A DNA stretch of 45,484 nucleotides from positions 1 to 45,484 of the forward strand of contig JBLYYU010000210.1 in assembly GCA_048550275.1 (NCBI GenBank). Direction: 5' to 3'. Positions 41,121 to 45,484 of this stretch are shown here, piece by piece. A program made the translations under genes and the position numbers. Each line of letters opens with the position of its first letter. The first letter of the stretch is position 1. The notes beneath the pieces were generated by a model, which was given only the letters and a program-made list of their open reading frames with translations, was not told the origin of the DNA and made no database searches. Source of the stretch: Polyangiales bacterium (GTDB taxonomy: Bacteria; Myxococcota_A; Polyangia; Polyangiales; Houyiibacteriaceae).

Positions 41121-41403
41121 GACGACCTCCGGTTCGACCTTCGCCGAGGACAAAGGTCAACGTGGGTCCATTAGCTTCGGAGCGCTATACGTAATTCTTT
41201 ATTCGTTTTGCTCTGTTAGTGAGTCAAAAAGATCCAACCGACGTTGGCGCTGATGCAAAGCCACGCGAAGCTCACCCGGCACCAACGGTATTCCGTCGAT
41301 TTCATCGCCAACGGCCCCCCGTCGGCGGTCGCCAACCACGAGTTCGCGGAAGAAAAGACCAAGAGCTATTTCAAACTCAGCTCGCGTGGTAGTTGCCGAA
41401 GTG

Positions 41404-42396
41404 ATGAATCGACGACTGTCTCTAGCCTTGTTGGCAGCGCTCTGCGGCGCCTTGTTGTTGTCCTACGACGCTGACATCAGTGTCGAGGAGCTCACCGAGC
41501 GTTACGCGTATCCCGACTCCGATTTCGTCACCGTGAACGACACGCCGGTGCACTACCGAATCACGGGCGCAAGTTCGCAGCCGACACTCGTGTTGGTGCA
41601 CGGAGTCGCAAGCTCGCTCCACACATGGGAAGGCTGGCACGACCACCTCTCCGATGCGTTTCGTGTTGTCTCGTTCGACGTACTGCCGTCCGGATTGACC
41701 GGTCCTGTTTCGGGCATGGTGTTCGAACCCGAGTACTTGGTTCAGTTCCTCGATCAGCTCTTCGACGCACTGAAGCTCGAGCGAATACACCTCACAGGCA
41801 ACTCATACGGCGGATGGCTGGCATGGCAGTACGCGCTCGCCCATCCAGACCGAATCGACAAACTCATTCTGGTGGATGCAGAGGGGCTGTCCGCGGACAC
41901 CGACAACGACGTCACCGATAACAACCTCGGTTTCCGCATCGCAACAACACCGGTGCTCAAGTACGTTTCGCATGTCTCGACGCCCAGCATTGTGTTTCGC
42001 AAATCGATCGAAGCCGTGTACGGCGATCCAAGCAAAGTGACCGACGCACTGGTCACGCGCTACCGCGACCTCATGTTGCGCACCGGCAACCGCGCAGCGT
42101 TTTCCGACACCCTGGCTATGCTCACCACGCTCAGCGAAGGAAGCGAACAACTATCGCAAGTGACCCACCCAACACTCGTCCTGTGGGGCGAAAGAGACCA
42201 GACCCTGCCGGTGGCAGCAGCCCACCTCTTCCACGAACTGATACCGAACTCGACGCTGAAGCTGTACCCCGAGCTCGGTCACGTTCCGATGGAAGAAGAC
42301 CCAGCAAGAACCGCGTCTGATGTGCGAGCGTTTCTGTTGGCCAATCCTTCGGAAGATCCGACCGAGGTTGACCAGAATGTCGAATCGTCACGATGA
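41404..42396 (+). CDS. Alpha/beta-fold hydrolase
   Basis: The start was trimmed to the ATG at 41404 (MNRRLSLALLAALCGALLL). The oxyanion region reads LVLVHGVASSLHTWEGW. The nucleophile elbow reads LTGNSYGGWLA (G-x-S-x-G). The acid region reads LVLWGERDQ and the His region reads LGHVPMEEDP. The last ~14 codons (EDPTEVDQNVESSR) are encoded by repeat family 2. Confidence 0.85.
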   Translation: MNRRLSLALLAALCGALLLSYDADISVEELTERYAYPDSDFVTVNDTPVHYRITGASSQPTLVLVHGVASSLHTWEGWHDHLSDAFRVVSFDVLPSGLTGPVSGMVFEPEYLVQFLDQLFDALKLERIHLTGNSYGGWLAWQYALAHPDRIDKLILVDAEGLSADTDNDVTDNNLGFRIATTPVLKYVSHVSTPSIVFRKSIEAVYGDPSKVTDALVTRYRDLMLRTGNRAAFSDTLAMLTTLSEGSEQLSQVTHPTLVLWGERDQTLPVAAAHLFHELIPNSTLKLYPELGHVPMEEDPARTASDVRAFLLANPSEDPTEVDQNVESSR

Positions 42397-42437
42397 AGAT
42401 CCGACCGAAGTTGACCAGAACGTCGAATCGTCGTCAG
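42352..42437 (+). repeat. Repeat family 2, tandem pair D3-D4 (2 x 43 bp)
   Basis: The two units are GAAGATCCGACCGAGGTTGACCAGAATGTCGAATCGTCACGAT and GAAGATCCGACCGAAGTTGACCAGAACGTCGAATCGTCGTCAG. The hydrolase stop codon (42394-42396) spans the junction between them. Confidence 0.8.
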
Positions 42438-42449
42438 TCGCGCGGCCCC

Positions 42450-42863
42450 CTACGGGTCGTTCACGTCGCGGAGCGCGTCGTAGTCACATTCGATGGTGAT
42501 GAACGTCGTCCCGGTCTCCACGTAGAACTGGACGTCGGCTGCGCCGGTCATTTCCGCAAGCGGCTGAACGACGCAAACCGTCGGCGTTGCAGGGGTCACG
42601 CCTGGCGATGAGGCGTTGAACGTGTAGCGTTCGCCGGCCACGTAGGTCGTGTTCAGAATCGTTTCGTCCGCCGGCGAGCGGCGATTGAGCATGACGCTGT
42701 GTACTTGCCCGCTCGGATACCCCACGCTCGCGCTGATTTCAGCCGCCAGTGGATTCACCAGCCGGATGATGTCGGACCCCGATCCGCCTGCCGAAGAATC
42801 ACAGGACGCCAATCCGAGCGAAGCGAACGACGCGACGATGATGAACATATTCCTGAGCTTCAT
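42450..42863 (-). CDS. Small lipoprotein, unknown function
   Basis: The start was trimmed to the ATG at 42863, with a GGAGG 6 nt upstream. MKLRNMFIIVASFASLGLASCDSS is a lipoprotein signal. The mature part is ~115 aa. Confidence 0.55.
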   Translation of the reverse strand: MKLRNMFIIVASFASLGLASCDSSAGGSGSDIIRLVNPLAAEISASVGYPSGQVHSVMLNRRSPADETILNTTYVAGERYTFNASSPGVTPATPTVCVVQPLAEMTGAADVQFYVETGTTFITIECDYDALRDVNDP

Positions 42864-43049
42864 GAGAACCTCCCACGCTCTCCGAAGATGCAAAGGGCGT
42901 TCCACGGAAATTCCTAATGGTCTTGCGCGGTGCACGGACGCGGTCGGCGCAGAACGTTCGCTCGAGCCGCGTCCGCCGCAAGCTCTGCAGCCTCTCTACT
43001 CGCGGTAGCGTGCGTCGAGCAGCGGGCCGTCGTTGCATCGACAGAAGCT

Positions 43050-43985
43050 TCAGGCGCGCCTCAGGTACTCGTAGCCCGCGTCAATCGACGGCGTAGGAAT
43101 CCCGGACTGTGTGATGAGCTGCCGAAACTCGTCCGCCAGCACCACCCACTCCGCGCGCCCTTCCGCCGCGTGGCCGACCTTGAGCGCGAAGGTCTCGGCG
43201 CTGATCATCCGGCGCATTGCGAACAGCAGCACGCGCTCGGGCAACCACTCGATGACCCGGTGATTGCGCGGCGTGATCGGAACGCCTGTCGCGCACAGCA
43301 CCTGAAACCCTTCGCGCATGCCGCGCACCATGAGCCGCAGCGCCTCGTCATCAGCAGCCAACCGTTCCAGGCTGCCGCCCGCCTGAAAGAGCGCACACAC
43401 CGTTGGAAGAATCTTCGCCACGTGGGTCCTCAGCCAGGCGTCGATATTCGTGGACACCGACACCGGAAAACCAGAGGCCTCGAGCGCAGATGCGATTGCG
43501 ACGATGCGCGCGGACCTGCTGCCATCGAGCTCACCGATGGTCGTCGGCTGCTCGCGCGCCGAAGTGATGATGTAGCGAATGGCGCCGTCGTGCGCCACGG
43601 CCGAGGCGCCGGGAAATCCGAAGAGCACGCGGTCGTGACCGAGCGCATCGGTCATTGCCGTCGGTCCGGCCGCGTTGTTTCCAAAGAACATCACGCTTGG
43701 CGTGTGGTTGTTCGCGGCGAGCATGGGCAGGACCTCGGCAATCCGTTGCTTCGGCAGGACCACTATCGCGACGTCGTACGCATCGTCCGCGCCGAGTCGA
43801 TTCACGACTCGCACTGGCGTCCGGGTTCGTTCACCGGAGACGCCCTGCTCGAGCTCGATGCCGCGTTGACGGATCTGCTCCGACCGAGCTCCCCTCGCCA
43901 AGACCGTCACCTCTTGTGCGCCGAGGGCGAGCTTCGCGGCGTAGAGGCTGCCGATATTACCCGCGCCGATGACCAGAAACCGCAC
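43050..43985 (-). CDS. Ketopantoate reductase (ApbA/PanE) family oxidoreductase
   Basis: 311-aa ORF. The N-terminal Rossmann motif reads MRFLVIGAGNIGSLYAAKLALGAQEVTVLARG. Length and the helical C-terminal half fit the 2-dehydropantoate 2-reductase family. The substrate is not assignable. Confidence 0.7.
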   Translation of the reverse strand: MRFLVIGAGNIGSLYAAKLALGAQEVTVLARGARSEQIRQRGIELEQGVSGERTRTPVRVVNRLGADDAYDVAIVVLPKQRIAEVLPMLAANNHTPSVMFFGNNAAGPTAMTDALGHDRVLFGFPGASAVAHDGAIRYIITSAREQPTTIGELDGSRSARIVAIASALEASGFPVSVSTNIDAWLRTHVAKILPTVCALFQAGGSLERLAADDEALRLMVRGMREGFQVLCATGVPITPRNHRVIEWLPERVLLFAMRRMISAETFALKVGHAAEGRAEWVVLADEFRQLITQSGIPTPSIDAGYEYLRRA

Positions 43986-44146
43986 AGGGCCACGCTACCA
44001 CGAGCGAGAGGTCGAAGCCGCTACAACGCGTGCTCGATATCGAAGCGCACGACATCCGTCGTGAGAACTAGCCGCTCACACCGGCCAAGACGCGGATCGC
44101 CCAGAACCAATCACCCTCTCGCGCGCCGAGCCGCATGGCTCTCTCT

Positions 44147-45373
44147 TCAGTCCGGAAGATCCGGGGCGTAGTCCCCGGCGGCGTACCTCTCACAGAACGC
44201 TGCCTCGTCCCCTGGAAACGTCGGGTCGAGCGCGACCAGCGCAGGTCGGATCGCTTCCCAGACCCGCCCTTGACCGTTGTCGCCGATGTTCTTGACGACC
44301 AAGACCATGTCGAGCCCTGGGTGACCGATGATGTAGTTGCCTATCAGCCCTGCCGCGTACCAAACGCCCACGTCGTAGGTTTGGCCGCAATCCCAGGGCT
44401 CGATGTAGTTGCAGTCGGGCGATTCGGATAGGCCGTGCGGGTATTCGTTCCAAATCGCCGATGGCGTGCATGACGCGTTCGGCACTGTCGACTTGTTGTC
44501 TCCATTGTCGATGTTCGAGCGGGCGATCAGCCAGGTGAGGTAGCCGTAGCCGGTGGTCGCGACCTCGAACGACGGGTGCGTCATCCTGTAGATCCAGTCT
44601 TCACCGACGAGGCGCTCGTCGATCCAAAGCCCGCCGTCCAGCATCATCAAACCGACTCGCGCCATGTCGCGCACCGTGGTCGTCCAACCAAGCGCATAGG
44701 GCTTGTCCGGCGAGTCTCCGTCCCACTCGGACTGCGTCATGCCGAGCGGCTTGCGCAGGTACTCTTCCCAGAACTCGTGCACGCTCGCGCCCAGCGCAGC
44801 GTCCTGCGCGATGGCGGCCGCGACCACGTCATTGAGGCGATTGATCTGCACGTCGCCGGTCGCGTCGTACTCGAAGTCGAGCGCGGGCGAGCTCAGGTCT
44901 TGGTTGTGCGCGACCATGGCGAGCACATGGCCAACCTGCGCGTCCGCGTTGAATGAAAACGAGTCGAGCCAATGGTCGACCCTGTCCGTGTCCCGTAGCG
45001 GACCGGTCTTCCTTCCGGTTCGCTCGAAGTCGCGCGTCTGCCAAGCCGCCGCGCCCGTGAGCACGGCGCCAAGGGTCTTGGTGGCGGACCAGACGATCTC
45101 CGGTTGGTCTACCCCCCCGGGGTAGAGGCTCGTTGGGTAGTACTCGTGGCAGAGCTTGCCGTATCGAATCACCGCGTACCCGCGGTCGATCTCCGTATCG
45201 GCCTCGGCGAGCAGTGCCGGGTCCAGCCCGCATTCGGTGGACACGCGATTCGAATCGACTAGCGCCCACTCACCTTGGCCGGGACCACGTGGTTCATCGG
45301 GGACGGAGGTGTCGCTGCTTCCGCAAGCGGCGAGCAGAAACGAGGATGAGACCAGCAGGAATACCAAGCGCAT
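44147..45373 (-). CDS. Serine hydrolase, beta-lactamase/transpeptidase-like lipoprotein
   Basis: 408-aa ORF. The lipoprotein signal reads MRLVFLLVSSSFLLAACGSS. An S-x-x-K motif is present (IVWSATKTLGAV). Size and layout are typical of class C beta-lactamase-related esterases and peptidases. Confidence 0.65.
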   Translation of the reverse strand: MRLVFLLVSSSFLLAACGSSDTSVPDEPRGPGQGEWALVDSNRVSTECGLDPALLAEADTEIDRGYAVIRYGKLCHEYYPTSLYPGGVDQPEIVWSATKTLGAVLTGAAAWQTRDFERTGRKTGPLRDTDRVDHWLDSFSFNADAQVGHVLAMVAHNQDLSSPALDFEYDATGDVQINRLNDVVAAAIAQDAALGASVHEFWEEYLRKPLGMTQSEWDGDSPDKPYALGWTTTVRDMARVGLMMLDGGLWIDERLVGEDWIYRMTHPSFEVATTGYGYLTWLIARSNIDNGDNKSTVPNASCTPSAIWNEYPHGLSESPDCNYIEPWDCGQTYDVGVWYAAGLIGNYIIGHPGLDMVLVVKNIGDNGQGRVWEAIRPALVALDPTFPGDEAAFCERYAAGDYAPDLPD

Positions 45374-45484
45374 GCAGCAACCATCTAGTCATTCTGCGAC
45401 GCGCGCAAGCGAAAAGCCGGCTTCGCTGAAACCGGAAGACGCCACGGCCGCCTGAAGAGCTCGTACTCTCCGAGAGGGAGCGCA

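Overview
This is a high-GC bacterial chromosome segment (about two-thirds G+C judged by eye, not computed). The gene content points to Myxococcota, which is an inference: a Hanks-type Ser/Thr kinase, an FHA-sigma54 activator, PEGA domains, Cys-rich repeat proteins, an LVIVD propeller, an ERG2/sigma-1-receptor homologue, and an unusually high share of signal-peptide or lipobox proteins. I call about 34 protein-coding genes. I saw no rRNA, convincing tRNA, CRISPR array, transposase or integrase.

Main modules, left to right:
1. 37-6802: two lipoproteins (Kelch-like, PEGA), a PEGA-tailed Ser/Thr kinase and an FHA-sigma54 enhancer-binding protein, tightly packed on one strand (two ATGA overlaps plus a 13-nt gap). 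A near-consensus -24/-12 promoter follows and drives another lipoprotein.
2. 7043-15968: two diverged tandem paralogues of a ~950-aa Cys-rich beta-helix lipoprotein, abutted by an ECF sigma factor, a DUF4384-like membrane protein and an exported caspase-fold protease.
3. 15982-19171: an orphan, atypical OmpR-type response regulator, divergent from a lower-GC 643-aa ORFan. The ORFan's upstream region carries six TTCAY pentamers phased at exactly 10 bp.
4. 19406-31822: mostly housekeeping or accessory enzymes. These include two adjacent DNA glycosylases separated by a (TGACGC)5 in-frame stop array, and a translationally coupled lipoprotein-metzincin pair.
5. 32679-34031: a secreted protein whose Hint (intein-like) autoprocessing domain starts right after the signal peptide.
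6. 39802-40452: a bacterial ERG2/sigma-1-receptor family protein.

Two dispersed intergenic repeat families, with no mobile-element genes nearby, recur through the window. All functional calls rest on motifs read by eye and on recalled family knowledge. No database search was run.
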